Source of the DNA: Octopus bimaculoides
Taxonomy: Eukaryota
Assembly: GCF_001194135.2 (NCBI RefSeq)
Contig: NC_068982.1
Location: 109,761,245-109,825,244, forward strand
Reading direction: 5' to 3'
Length of the DNA stretch: 64,000 bases
In this document: positions 52,603 through 64,000 of the stretch, one piece after another
Numbering within the stretch: the stretch's first letter is position 1
Layout: each line of letters begins with the position of its first letter
Program-made: the position numbers and the translations under genes
The notes under the pieces: generated by a model
What the model was told of the DNA's origin: nothing
Database searches by the model: none
The model's input: the letters and a program-made list of their open reading frames with translations, nothing else

Positions 52603-52868
52603 CTTTTCATAAGGAAGATGCGCATGACGTGGAAACCGAGTCATTTTTTTCTCTGGATAAATTGTTGGTGAGAAAACTGTCAGAAAAATTGATTTTTCAT
52701 ATGAAAGACTTTCATATGATCCATTTAAAGATTGTCTTGAGACGGTACACCTAATCGTGAAATTAAATTTCTTGGCATTCTCTAAGGCAGCAATATTATT
52801 TAAGGCCATCTCAGAAGTTATGTTGTCTATAGTTAATATTTCAGAGGCAGTCTTCTGGTCGGCTTTAC
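52603..52868 (-). CDS. RET: RET exon, cadherin-like domain (KADQKTASEILTID...FNFTIRCTV...LPYEK); most 5' exon found
   Basis: Acceptor tttgttttAG, donor GTGAGT, 266 nt, phase 1 to 0, open in one frame only; phase fits the next exon. Confidence 0.8.
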
Positions 52869-53383
52869 CTAAAACAAATAAGAAACACACATTATAGGTG
52901 ATTATCTTATATTTTATTCAAAATTTTCTCTTCCTGTCCATTTTAATCTTTTCTTTGAAACGATCCTGCTGAATCTACAATTTTGAAGCATATTGTAGAT
53001 TTGAGCCAAAACTTTATGAATACCGGGTTTGGATATTGATGTTTCACTTCAATTCCTCTGCTAAAGTCTTGAGAAAAGGCATAGTACACTCACATCCATC
53101 AATCTGCTCGTTGAGGCAAAAAATACTGGGCTACGCTCATCATTCGGGATCAACAAATCAATTGTTCCTAATACATATTATAAAGAAATGTTTATCTTAG
53201 TACGCCCAGCCTTCAGATCATAAATTAAGTTTAGTTCAGTGAGCAACTACCACCACTGATAGCGTGGAAATATACTAGTGAGTGCAACATTAGGTTCGAA
53301 TAAATGAATAAACTACTATATTCATTATAACATTCTTCAAACGTACGTTCCTGCGTATCTATACATAATACATACACGCACAC

Positions 53384-53427
<44 letters not shown>

Positions 53428-53430
<3 letters not shown>

Positions 53431-53700
53431 GTGATTGCTTCATCTTTGCAGACGATTGCCAACTCTCCATGTACCCCCATCAACCATCATCAGCTCCAAA
53501 CGTCCGTCCATGGCTCCTGAAGTGGCTTTTAATTCCAGCATTGGATTTGCACGGTCTGCAGTAAATGTGACACAGAAAAGATATGCCCTCTTTTGGATTT
53601 ATTCGGTCAGCTTGTGGGGTGTCATCCTTATGTACCTTCATATACCTTTTAAGACCAGGTATTGATTTGCAGATGTTGTCTCACCTAGCATTGGAGTTGG
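53428..53700 (-). mobile_element. RTE-type LINE 3' end
   Basis: FLCHIYCRPCKSNAGIKSHFRSH is a C-terminal C2H2-like finger, followed by a short 3' UTR and a (TG)n tail. Confidence 0.6.
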
Positions 53701-54689
53701 CTTTTTATGTGATCTACATACATACATACATACATACATACATACATACTGCCTAAATACTAATCTTGAGAAATTGGGCTTCTCAAAATCAGAAGGGAGA
53801 TAGCTGGTACGAAGACTACAGATCCAGTCTATCACTAGACCTGTAAACATGTGTAACTTTCTCGAAGTTTATCATTTAAGTGCATATGAGCATGTCTAGA
53901 CATGCAACTATATGCATGAGAATACATACGTAAAACAAAACATACAAATTTGTACACATACATACAACCATATACACCTACACTATTAATTTCGTTAATG
54001 TTTGAATGTGTACACATCATTGTAGAATTTCGTATATTTTGACATCAAACTTGGTCCATGGGGTTGTAAATTCACGGCGTTGAGGATTCATAATTTTGTG
54101 TATATATGTATTCTGCGAATCATGTGATGTCATTAATATGTGTAATGCACATTTATCTGTGTAATGAGGAATTTCAGCTTAAATTTATGGAGGCATGTGT
54201 CTTTTAGGCATGCCCCTATACGTATAAATAGTCGATGTCCAGAGAAAAAAACTTATTCATGCTGAAGGGCTGGCAGTGTAGGTGGGATGGGGGTCAAGCT
54301 TGAAATTTTCGAAATATGAAATATTGCTTGTTCGTGCAGGGGGAGAAAGTTTCTTCCTTAATTGAATTGTCTCCCAGGATCTGTATATTTATTTGTTTAG
54401 CTCCAAATCCTGTGCAGTCCCCTTTAGCTTCGTGTATTTCCTCCAAAATGGAGACGAGTATCAACGTCTCCTGTGGCAGGCTTAGTAATTGTTGAAAAAT
54501 CTTATCTCAACGTGAAACCAATGGTAGCCTTATTAACTCACAAATAAAATGTGTGTGTGTGTGTGTGTTTGAAAATATGTCTTAAACTATTCAGCGCACC
54601 AAGATAGTAATTGAGCATAACACATCGAAATGTTTATAAAATATTTATTAACAAACATTGAAGCAGTCACTTCTGGCATGCAAGGGGCT

Positions 54690-55040
54690 AGACGACTAAC
54701 GGAGGAGGAGACCCACTTCGGTCATGAATGACCATGGCATTGCACCTAGAAAGTTACCCTCAGAAGCACAAGTCCGGGCAAAGTTGGGTTTTTTTTATGT
54801 AGCAGTCGCCCATGCATACACCCTCGCCTCTCCACGCCACTGATGATATCCAAGGGAAAGGCAAAGGCCGATACAGCTTGGCACCAGTGATGCCGTAACT
54901 CATTTCTTCAACTGAGTTAACTGGAGCAACGTGAAATGAGGTGTCTTGCTCAAGAACACAACGCCCAGCCCGGTTCGGAAATCGAACTCACCACCTCACG
55001 ATCGTAAGCTTGACGCTCTAACCACTGAGCCATGCACCTA
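54690..55040 (-). mobile_element. tRNA-derived SINE
   Basis: Minus-strand head gtgcatggctcagtggttagagcgtc..gagttcgatttccg (A and B boxes) plus core gtgttcttgagcaagacac. Confidence 0.85.
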
Positions 55041-55539
55041 AAGACGACTAACAAGTGTTTCCTTTATGAGGGATTGTACACAAACTGAATGTGAGCTAAA
55101 ATATTTTCAAATTATGTGTGGATTTATACAACTGAACGTGAATGTGTATATCTATGTGCAAAACGCACACAAACACGCACACGAATTTTAACTCATATAA
55201 ATATGTGTACTTGTGTATGAGGGCATGTGTGTGCGTGGGTGCGAGAGAGAGACAGAGACAGTGTGCGTGTGTGTAATCTGAAATATTAATGGAGGTAGAT
55301 TAGCTTGAAAGCTGGAAGTGATTCGTATCCCGGTAACTCTGTGTCCAAAAGACTAAACAACTAAATATAACGCTTTTTAGAATGTAATTTGTTTTCTATT
55401 ATATTTGAATTAAATTTTAGATTAACAATTGAAGGATATGGGACAAAAGAATTAACTAGGATTAAATGGTTAAAGTATTCATAGTTATAACAGAAATAAC
55501 ATCAATAGTATCTAAGGTTTCATGTTAGATTTTTTTTCC

Positions 55540-55885
55540 TGTCATAGGCGTAGCTGCATGGTAAGTAATTTGCTTCCTAACCAAATAGTTCCAGGTTCAG
55601 TCCTACAGCGTGGCACCTTGGGCATGCGTCTGCTACTCTATCCTCGGACCTTTTGAGTGAATTTGATAGGTAGAGACTGAAAGAAGCCAGTCGTATATAT
55701 ATGTGTGTAAGTGTGTGTGTGTGTTTGTCCCCCTAAACTAGCGGTTCGGTAAAAGAGAATGATGGAATAAATGTCAGGCTTTAAAAAAACATAGTACTGA
55801 GGTTGATTCATTAGACAAAAAATCCTTCATGGCTGTACTCCTGCTTGGCCGCAGTCTAATGACTGAAACAAATAAAGGATAAAAG
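55540..55885 (+). mobile_element. tRNA-derived SINE
   Basis: Head ggcgtagctgcatggtaag..ggttcagtcc..gcaccttgggca; 3' part homologous to 18955-19180. Confidence 0.8.
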
Positions 55886-56095
55886 TTATACGATAAACTT
55901 AAAATAGATCAATGTTACAGTTATTAATTAAACATTAAGCGCCACCACTAACAGAACGAATTGCATAGAGATAACTAGAAAGCTAAGCAATAAAGTAACA
56001 TGAATACAATATCGATAGATATAAATATAATTGGCATGACTATGCTGTAACTAGAATGAAGGGACCATCAAAAGCTCGCGCACACACAAACACAC

Positions 56096-56119
56096 AGATC
56101 GGAAGAGCGTTGTGTAGGG
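56096..56119 (+). other. Illumina adapter contamination (assembly artefact)
   Basis: AGATCGGAAGAGCGTTGTGTAGGG vs TruSeq AGATCGGAAGAGCGTCGTGTAGGG (1 mismatch), directly before an N gap. Confidence 0.93.
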
Positions 56120-56171
56120 NNNNNNNNNNNNNNNNNNNNNNNNNNNNNNNNNNNNNNNNNNNNNNNNNNNN

Positions 56172-56225
<54 letters not shown>

Positions 56226-58241
56226 GCACGTATGCACACGGAGAAACAGATAGGTAGATAGATAGATATACATGCGTATATATCCACGTGTGATTGTACA
56301 TAAATATTCATTTGTATATATGTGTGCGTGTGCGTGCGTGCACGCGTGTATGTATGTGCGTGTATGTGCGCGTGTATATATGTAAGTATGAACACACGAT
56401 TTTCAGTCTCATATGCAAATACGTGTTGTCTTGTCTAACATAATTTTGTTTAAATTTATATTTAGCTTCACATATTACTCTAAACATCTGACCACTCTTA
56501 GGAAACATTAACAGAACATAAAATCGAAATATTTAACGTTTTGAATCATTCATTTGCGTATGACACATCTCTGGGGAAGATTCGTTTTCTGAATAGACAA
56601 GTATCTTTCAACAATTGCTTTTTCAATGTATATTTTATTGGCATTTTGAAATTTTTTAGTTTGAAGTTAATCAAAAGATTCAATTCGGGTTAAATTAATT
56701 TCACTTTGCATCTCCAAAATCTGAAAACTGTATAGTGCAAGTTGAAAGTTACCGGAAACCCGTTTTATATGGTAAGTGATTTATATTCTGCCGCTGACCC
56801 TAACTGAATCCATTGTCGAGGTATTTTATTGCAACATATCCGTATACAGAGCTGCAAGTAGACAACACAAGAAGCAAATAAACTGCACTGTAGCCAGCGG
56901 CTGAACAGTAAAATCGATGAGGATTTCGTTAATTTGGCGTACTGAAGTCGAACGTTCCATTAGAATTGGATCATGATAGAAATGGCAAAACAAAACACGG
57001 AATGAATAAATGCAAAGTTCGAACTCCAATGTTCCATGCATTTTAAGCAATATTTAGTTACTCATGAAACTGACGAACGTGCAGTTTCAACATGATCTAA
57101 TGTGTTACAATTTCATAAACCGTAAGAGTTGATACCAGCTTTCAATTTGTCGTGAAATAAGTATCTGTATAGTACTGAGATTGATCAAATCAACGGTTTA
57201 GTCCCCAACAAACTGCATGACTTTGTGCTTATATAACTATGACACTATCTAGCATACAGAGCCTCCGTAATGCCAGTCGATAATATTCTGAGAAACTAAA
57301 GGCCAATCAATTCAAACGATGACTTAGACAGCACGTGAACTCCTTCAGATGCAGAGACAGAAAAAACTCCTCTTCTCTGTTTTACTTCATCTAGAGCAAG
57401 GAAACGAATTCCCTAACTTCAGATGCAGATGCAGAATCTCATGAGATTCCTTTTCCGATGATCATCAGTCTTGCCTACACAGCAACCAGAAGAGTTGCGC
57501 AAAACACGAACTGGATAAACTTGACACCTTCAGACTGTTAGCTTGACCACATGAAGGAATGAATCTCCATCTTGTCAACAGCTACACGTGGTAGACCCAC
57601 TGGTGACGCTAGACTATCCGTTCCGGCACATGAATAAACAAACAGGATAAATGTTTTTCACAGAACTCTGAACTTCATCATATGGACAAACAAATGGAGG
57701 TTCAAAATTCACAATTTTTCTATAAGCTTTAGTATTTTTCTTTGCTTCGCTTTAAGCCCAAAGGATCTGACGATTTAGACGACCGTAGTAACATTTATGA
57801 AGCGTAGTAACTTATAATGCGAGGCTATTTAAAATAGTTAATACACGCGTGCACACACAAANNNNNNNNNNNNNNNNNNNNNNNNNNNNNNNNNNNNNNN
57901 NNNNNNNNNNNNNNNNNNNNNNNNNNNNNNNNNNNNNNNNNNNNNNNNNNNNNNNNNNNNNNNNNNNNNNNNNNNNNNNNNNNNNNNNNNNNNNNNNNNN
58001 NNNNNNNNNNNNNNNNNNNNNNNNNNNNNNNNNNNNNNNNNNNNNNNNNNNNNNNNNNNNNNNNNNNNNNNNNNNNNNNNNNNNNNNNNNNNNNNNNNNN
58101 NNNNNNNNNNNNNNNNNNNNNNNNNNNNNNNNNNNNNNNNNNNNNNNNNNNNNNNNNNNNNNNNNNNNNNNNNNNNNNNNNNNNNCACGCACGCACACAA
58201 ACACACGCACGCACACAAACACACGCACGCACACACACACA

Positions 58242-58419
58242 CGAGGGAGTGCTGAAAAGTTCCTGGTTTTAAGGGTAACGTGAAGGGCCTGCTTGGAGGC
58301 CCAGCCTACAGGAATTAAATAAACTAAAGTCCGTGAATCTGAGAGGGGAATGTGTTCAATAAAATCATAACTGATTCTCTTGTATTTTACCGAAAGTCAG
58401 GAACTTTTCAGCCCCTTCG
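58242..58419. mobile_element. Mariner-derived MITE
   Basis: TIRs cgagggagtgctgaaaagttcctg / caggaacttttcagccccttcg, TA on the right. Confidence 0.85.
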
Positions 58420-58789
58420 TATATATACACATATATATATATATATGTCTATAAGTACGTATACATGTGTGCGTGTATACATATCTCTATGTGTATAAAC
58501 TGTATTTTTTTGTATAATTAGATATTGTTAATATAACAATACATAAAAACAGGCCAGAGTTGAAGTGCTCAGCATGAGCTAGAATTCAAATTATGGTAAG
58601 AATGGATTCATAAGGGTGGAAGACCACAAAAACAATACCGTATATCCAACGCAAGATTTAATATATATATGTGTGTGTGTGTTCAAATTTAGTAGGAGAG
58701 TTTCCATATATATATTCTTGGGTGGGATTGGTATATTTCTAGTAGAGATTCCCAAATGTTGTTTCTCCATTTAATCCAGTCCGTTTAGG

Positions 58790-61700
58790 ACGTAAAGAAA
58801 ATTGAAGAGGAGTTCTCACAAGTACAAGCATGTCGACCGGGAAGGTATAAACAAAAGAAAAGATGTTAAGACCAAATCCATGTTACGGATGTGGAGCCCT
58901 ACATTTCAGGAAGAATTGTCCTTTCAAAACGCAAAAATGTTACAGTTGCCTAAAAGTAGGACACTAGAGCTCACATTGCAGAGCAAAGTTAGGAATGTTC
59001 TCAACGGAAAGCAGAAACAACACCAAAAGGAGGACATTTGTACATGTAAAAGTAAACGAATTGAATATTAAATTGCAACTAGATACTGGTAGCGACATCA
59101 CGGTTATTAATAGCGACATGTGGAAAAAAATTGAGAAAGCTACGTTAGGAAAGACATCAAAAATTGCACGAGGCGCTACAGGTAAACTACACTTCGTAGG
59201 CGAAATGTGGAATGATACCACATTTCGGGGNNNNNNNNNNNNNNNNNNNNNNNNNNNNNNNNNNNNNNNNNNNNNNNNNNNNNNNNNNNNNNNNNNNNNN
59301 NNNNNNNNNNNNNNNNNNNNNNNNNNNNNNNNNNNNNNNNNNNNNNNNNNNNNNNNNNNNNNNNNNNNNNNNNNNNNNNNNNNNNNNNNNNNNNNNNNNN
59401 NNNNNNNNNNNNNNNNNNNNNNNNNNNNNNNNNNNNNNNNNNNNNNNNNNNNNNNNNNNNNNNNNNNNNNNNNNNNNNNNNNNNNNNNNNNNNNNNNNNN
59501 NNNNNNNNNNNNNNNNNNNNNNNNNNNNNNNNNNNNNNNNNNNNNNNNNNNNNNNNNNNNNNNNNNNNNNNNNNNNNNNNNNNNNNNNNNNNNNNNNNNN
59601 NNNNNNNNNNNAAAAAAAAAAAAAAAAAAGGTCTCTGTTCTAAGACTGAGGCTTGCTTTCAAATAAAGGAAAACATCGTGCATGTATTCAAACCTAATAG
59701 AAAGGTACTATTTGCTGCGATAAAGCAGGTAGAGGAACAATTAAACAGACTGGAGAAAATGGAAATTATTCAAAAAGTAGATTATTCTAAGTGGGCAGCG
59801 CCAACTGTGTGTATTAAAAAAAAATAACAAAATCAGGTTGTGTGCAGATTTTTCTACTGGTTTGAATGACTGTCTAAAAACGTGCCACTATCCACTGCCT
59901 ACCCCGGAGGATATATTTGCAAAATATTTTCGAAACTCGATCTGTCTGATGCGTATCTGAAAATTAATGTAGACGAGGAACGCTCGAAGTTTCTAACAGT
60001 AAATACACAGAGGACTATACAAATATAACAGATTGGCACTTGGTCTGAAGGTGGCATCTGCAATATTTCAATAGGTTATGGATGCGACGTTGGCGGACTG
60101 TCAATTTGCAATTCTGTACCTCGATGATGTATTAATTAAAAGTGAATCTCATTGTCAGCATATCGAACATGCCAAGTGTGTCTTTCAAAAAAAAAAAAAA
60201 AAAAAAAGAAATTACGGTTTCACACTCAGTGAGGAGAAATGTGAATTCTTTNNNNNNNNNNGTGAATTCTTTTTGCCTGAAATTAAATATTTAGGACAAA
60301 TTATAGATAAAATGGAAGACGATCTGACACATCGAGGGTAGACGCAATTAAAAATATACCTCCTCCAACTAACATAGCGACATTACAAGCCTTTCTTGGA
60401 CTAGCGAACTGTTATCAAAATTACATGCCAAACATATATGAATTGAGAGCTCCACTTAATAATTTGCTGAAGAAAGACGCCAACTGGAATTGGTCAAATA
60501 ACTGTCAAAAGGCGTTTCAGGATATTAAAAAAATATTAATTTCGGATTTGTTGTTGGCTCATTTCGATCCTGCAGTCTGTGGAGGCTGTTTTGAATACGG
60601 CGTAGAAGCAGTTTTGCTACACAAATTTAAAGACGGTAACATGAAGGCGGTAGTTCATGCCTCATGTACTCTGATTGCAGCAGAAAAAACTACAGTCTGA
60701 CAGAGAAGAAGCTATAGCGATTATTTTTGCCGTGAAGAAATTTCACAGATTTCTCCACGGTAGACGTTTTCGGCTTCAGACGGACCACCGACCGTTAATA
60801 TCAATTTTCGGATCAAAGCTAGGAATTCCTACCCATTCAGCTAACAGATTACAACGCTGGTGTACAATATTGTTAAATTGCAAATTTAAGATGGAGGGCA
60901 TTCCTTCTAAGAAAATTGGCCATGCAGATTGTTTATCTAGGCTAATTCCGAAGAATGCGGAACCGCTGGAATATACGGTGATAGCCGCATTACAATCAGA
61001 AAAGGAAATTAAAAACGTTATTTATAATGTCATTCAGAAGTTGCCAGTGACTGTACAAGATATTTAAAAGTAAATCAGCGGAGGACAAATACATCATAAA
61101 ATTGAAGGAAACTGAAAAATAAACAAAAGAGAGACACGAATGCAAATCATTTTTCACTCGGCGACGATGAATTAATGTACGCACTAAGAGTGGTAGTGCC
61201 AACTGCACTATAGAAACGGATATTATATGAATTTCATAGTTGACACCCGAGGATATCAAGAATGAAAGCTTTGATGAGGAGTTACGTGTATTGGCCGACA
61301 ATGGACCGGGACATTGAAAATTTGATAAAATCATGTAGAGGTTGTGCGCTAGCAGCCAAGGCACCACTGGTGAAATACCAATCGTGACCTGACACGGATA
61401 ATCCGTGGTCCAGGGTACATATAGACAACACTTGACTAATGAAAGGCGCGTACTACTTGATCATTGGTGATAGCTTTACCAAGGGTCCGGAAGTATGTAG
61501 GTGCAGTCAACCTATTTCGAAGGTAACAACAAAGTTCTTGCACGAATTTTTTGCTCGATACGGTGTTCCGGACACCATAGTATCGGACATTGGAACACAA
61601 TCTACAAGATATGAGTTCAAGAAATTCCGCAAAATGCATGCAATCAAGCACATATTTACCCCGCCCAATCACCCGAAGTCAAATGGGCAAACAGAACGAT

Positions 61701-62273
61701 TCGTAGAGACTTTCAAGTGAGCGCTAAAAAGAAAGCAAGGAACGCGTTAAGAAATGACGAAGCACTAACTAAATTTTTCAGGGTATAGAGAATAACGCCC
61801 AATCCGAATACCAGTTCAGGCAAGTCGCCTGCATAGCTCGAAAGATTAAATCTATCTTCGACAGAATTGTTGCCAAAGGTAAAAAAAAAATAAACATATA
61901 ATAAAGAAAATACAAAAAAATTCAACTAAACATTTTGATGTCGGAGATAACGTGCATTTCAAAGTGTACAGAAACGGTAAAGAGAGTTGACAGGATAGTG
62001 CAGTGACTAAAAGAATTGGAAACATGATGTATTTAATAAAGGCCAAAGATAGGAGCATAAACAACACATGGATCAATTAAAAACCAGACATTCAGAAGAA
62101 AGGAATTTCCAATGGAAGTGTTTTATGACAGGTTCGATGTGCCCGTACCGAAAAAGATTGAGCCTAGAAGGAGCGGTAACAGGAAACATACACACAGAAC
62201 ATTTAGAAATAATTCCTTAGTGGAAGAGTTACTGAACTTTTAAAAAAGTTATTGAAATTTTAAAAAGGAGAGG
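58790..62273 (+). mobile_element. Ty3/Gypsy LTR retrotransposon gag-pol pseudogene, 5'-truncated
   Basis: Two CCHC-like knuckles (CYGCGALHFRKNC, CYSCLKVGH*SSHC), protease LDTGSD, RT WAAP..RLCADFS..LYLDDVL, RNase H FAVKKFH..TDHRPL, integrase YGVPDTIVSD..HPKSNGQTERFV; many stops and frameshifts. Confidence 0.95.
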
Positions 62274-62632
62274 TGTTGGAAAGAAAGAAAGAAAGAAATA
62301 ATAATAAAATACATTTCGTTTCCTACGGAAGTCGAAATCTCAGAAGGAAAGATGTTGTGGTGAGAGTCAGGACATCCCCTGCGAGAATAGACTTGACCGA
62401 ACGACTATAAATAGTTGTGGTGTGAGTGAGAGACGTTGTGTAGGCGTTAATTGCAGTGAAGTCGTAAGGCGTCGTTTGTGTAGTTTGTCGGAATATTGTT
62501 TGTTGGTTTGTGGAAAGTTCGTGGAGAGTTTGTTGGACTGTTACGTCATTGTTACCCTGCTTCGTTATGTTTTATTGTTACTACACAGTTATAGTGTAAA
62601 AAAGTATCGTCATAAATATTGGCGATACAACA
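62274..62632 (+). mobile_element. 3' LTR of the Gypsy element
   Basis: Polypurine tract aaaaaggagagg directly before TGTTG; ends CAACA (inverted termini); TATAAATA at about 62406. Confidence 0.75.
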
Positions 62633-62659
62633 ATATGTATATATATATATATATATAAA

Positions 62660-62805
62660 CGTAAGTGTGCACATAAATGCAAAACAAGGAGGAAAAATAG
62701 TACTCGAATACCAAAGGTAGAGGAATATATTGCTTATCATGGGCGAAAAAATCTTCACAAACTGTCTCTCAAAGTTTCACGTGACCGTTTGTCAGACAGT
62801 TGCGA
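62660..62805 (-). mobile_element. Dispersed repeat with decayed hammerhead (family 2, copy 2)
   Basis: Homologous to 30001-30125. Confidence 0.7.
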
Positions 62806-63034
62806 TGATACTGAATAATATTATATAATACGATGTAGTCATTAAAGATCGACAAATATGCAATCGAATTTGACTGGGTGACTGATTTTAAAAAAATAAC
62901 AATAATAGCGTTGTGGATTGGTTACCAGAGTGGATAAACCTTAACGGTGGAACAAACAATAGTTAATGATTAAATTGAATAATAAAAAAATTTGTGCAAA
63001 AGCAAATAAAAATGAGCAGAATATATATCCAGAA

Positions 63035-63412
63035 ATTGTTTGTTGGCACTCCGTCGCTTACGACGTCAAGGGTTCCAGTTGATCCGATCAACGGAACAGC
63101 CTGATCGTGAAATTAACGTGCAAGTGGCTGAGCACTCCACAGACACGTGTACCCTTAATGTAGTTCTCGGGGATATTCAGCGTGACAAGGCTGACCCTTT
63201 AAATTACAGGCACAACAGAAACAGGAAGTAAGAGTGAGAGAATGTTGTGGTGAAAGAGTACAGCAGGGTTCGCCACCATCCCCTGCCGGAGCCTCGTGGA
63301 ACTTTAGGTGTTTTCGCTCAATAAACACTCACAACGCCCGGTCTGGGAATCGAAACCGCGATTCTATGACCACAAGTCCGCTGCCCTAACAACTGGGCCA
63401 TTGCGCCTCCAC
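63035..63412 (-). mobile_element. tRNA-derived SINE
   Basis: Minus-strand head gtggaggcgcaatggcccagttgttaggg..ggtttcgattcccagac (A and B boxes). Confidence 0.85.
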
Positions 63413-64000
63413 ATATCCAGAAATAGGAATTGCAAATAATGAAAATGAATAATAGGAGTGCAAAATTAGGTATCTAAAAGTTGGAACGATAATAAAAGGT
63501 TAAAATAAAGTTATAGATGAAAACTTAAATAGGGAAGCAAGTGTAGAATATATAACGCCACAAGTAAAAGAAAAAGAGAGAAGAAATGATAGCAATAATA
63601 CAGAGAGAAGTAAAAAGCTTAAGCCAGAAAAAGGGAAAACAGTGAGAAGAAAAAATAAAGCAAAAAAGAGGACGAGAAAACTGGGAGAAGAAAAGAATGA
63701 AAAGAAAATATACACGATACATAGTGGAGTGGAGAGAAGGAGACTAGATAATGTTATAAGACATAAAACCTGGCTGTAACTAATGTTATCTATCGAAGAT
63801 TATTGAAAGGGTGGTGGTGGGGTGTTTCTGAAAGCTGATGGCAAGTTGATTGGCACAGAGAGGCGAAAGATAGAAAAATTAAGATTAAAAATAATAGAGA
63901 AAGCTTAGAAGAACAATGCTATAGCCTCGGATTGACCAAAGCCTTGTGAGTGAATTTGGTAGACGGAAACTGAAAAGAAGCCCGTCATATATATGTATGT

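Larger units (their letters stand above)
13413..52868 (-). other. RET: RET receptor tyrosine kinase gene span (5'-incomplete; 16 coding exons recovered)
   Basis: All exons join GT-AG with compatible phases into one ORF. It contains cadherin-like segments, the RET CRD (CPDYKCDELE..CPQDC), a TM helix and a kinase ([32 protein letters not shown]). Kinase exon sizes 148/151, 108, 123, 71, 41+97 and 100 match human RET exons 12, 13, 15, 16, 17 and 18. Confidence 0.95.

Noticed and set aside
53094-53167. Exon-like segment GTIDLLIPNDERSPVFFASTSRLMD with GTGAGT donor, faintly like a cadherin DxNDxxP motif
   Set aside because: Ends in phase 0 while the next exon starts in phase 1, and read-through hits a stop. 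Worth rechecking only if RNA-seq shows another acceptor.
53473-53553. Phase 1-1 RET exon candidate (DRANPMLELK..)
   Set aside because: Another frame encodes an RTE-type C-terminal zinc finger, so it is explained as a LINE 3' end.
56790-57050. Hydrophobic signal-peptide-like ORFs as RET exon 1
   Set aside because: The frame with an ATG stops without a donor; the frame with a donor has no ATG.

Overview
AT-rich, microsatellite- and transposon-dense animal genomic DNA with many N gaps. The repeat families resemble octopus/coleoid cephalopod repeats; species is an inference. The one clearly supported gene is a RET receptor tyrosine kinase orthologue on the minus strand. I reconstructed 16 phase-compatible GT-AG exons between 52868 and 13413 (2468 coding nt, about 821 aa) covering the late cadherin-like domains, cysteine-rich domain, TM helix, kinase and C-tail. 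The 5' exons were not found in the window. Introns and flanks hold a Neptune-type Penelope-like element, a Ty3/Gypsy remnant with its 3' LTR, Tc1 and mariner remnants, MITEs, R4/Dong, RTE and L1/Tx1-like fragments, and many tRNA-derived SINEs. The most interesting non-genic signals are: (1) five hammerhead-ribozyme-like motifs in three repeat contexts, including a tRNA-headed SINE-like element with a hammerhead in its tail, present as an inverted pair; (2) an 840-bp foldback element whose centre is head-to-head degenerate TTAGGG/CCCTAA arrays. An Illumina adapter at 56096 flags assembly artefacts. All alignments and folds were done by eye; no searches were run.
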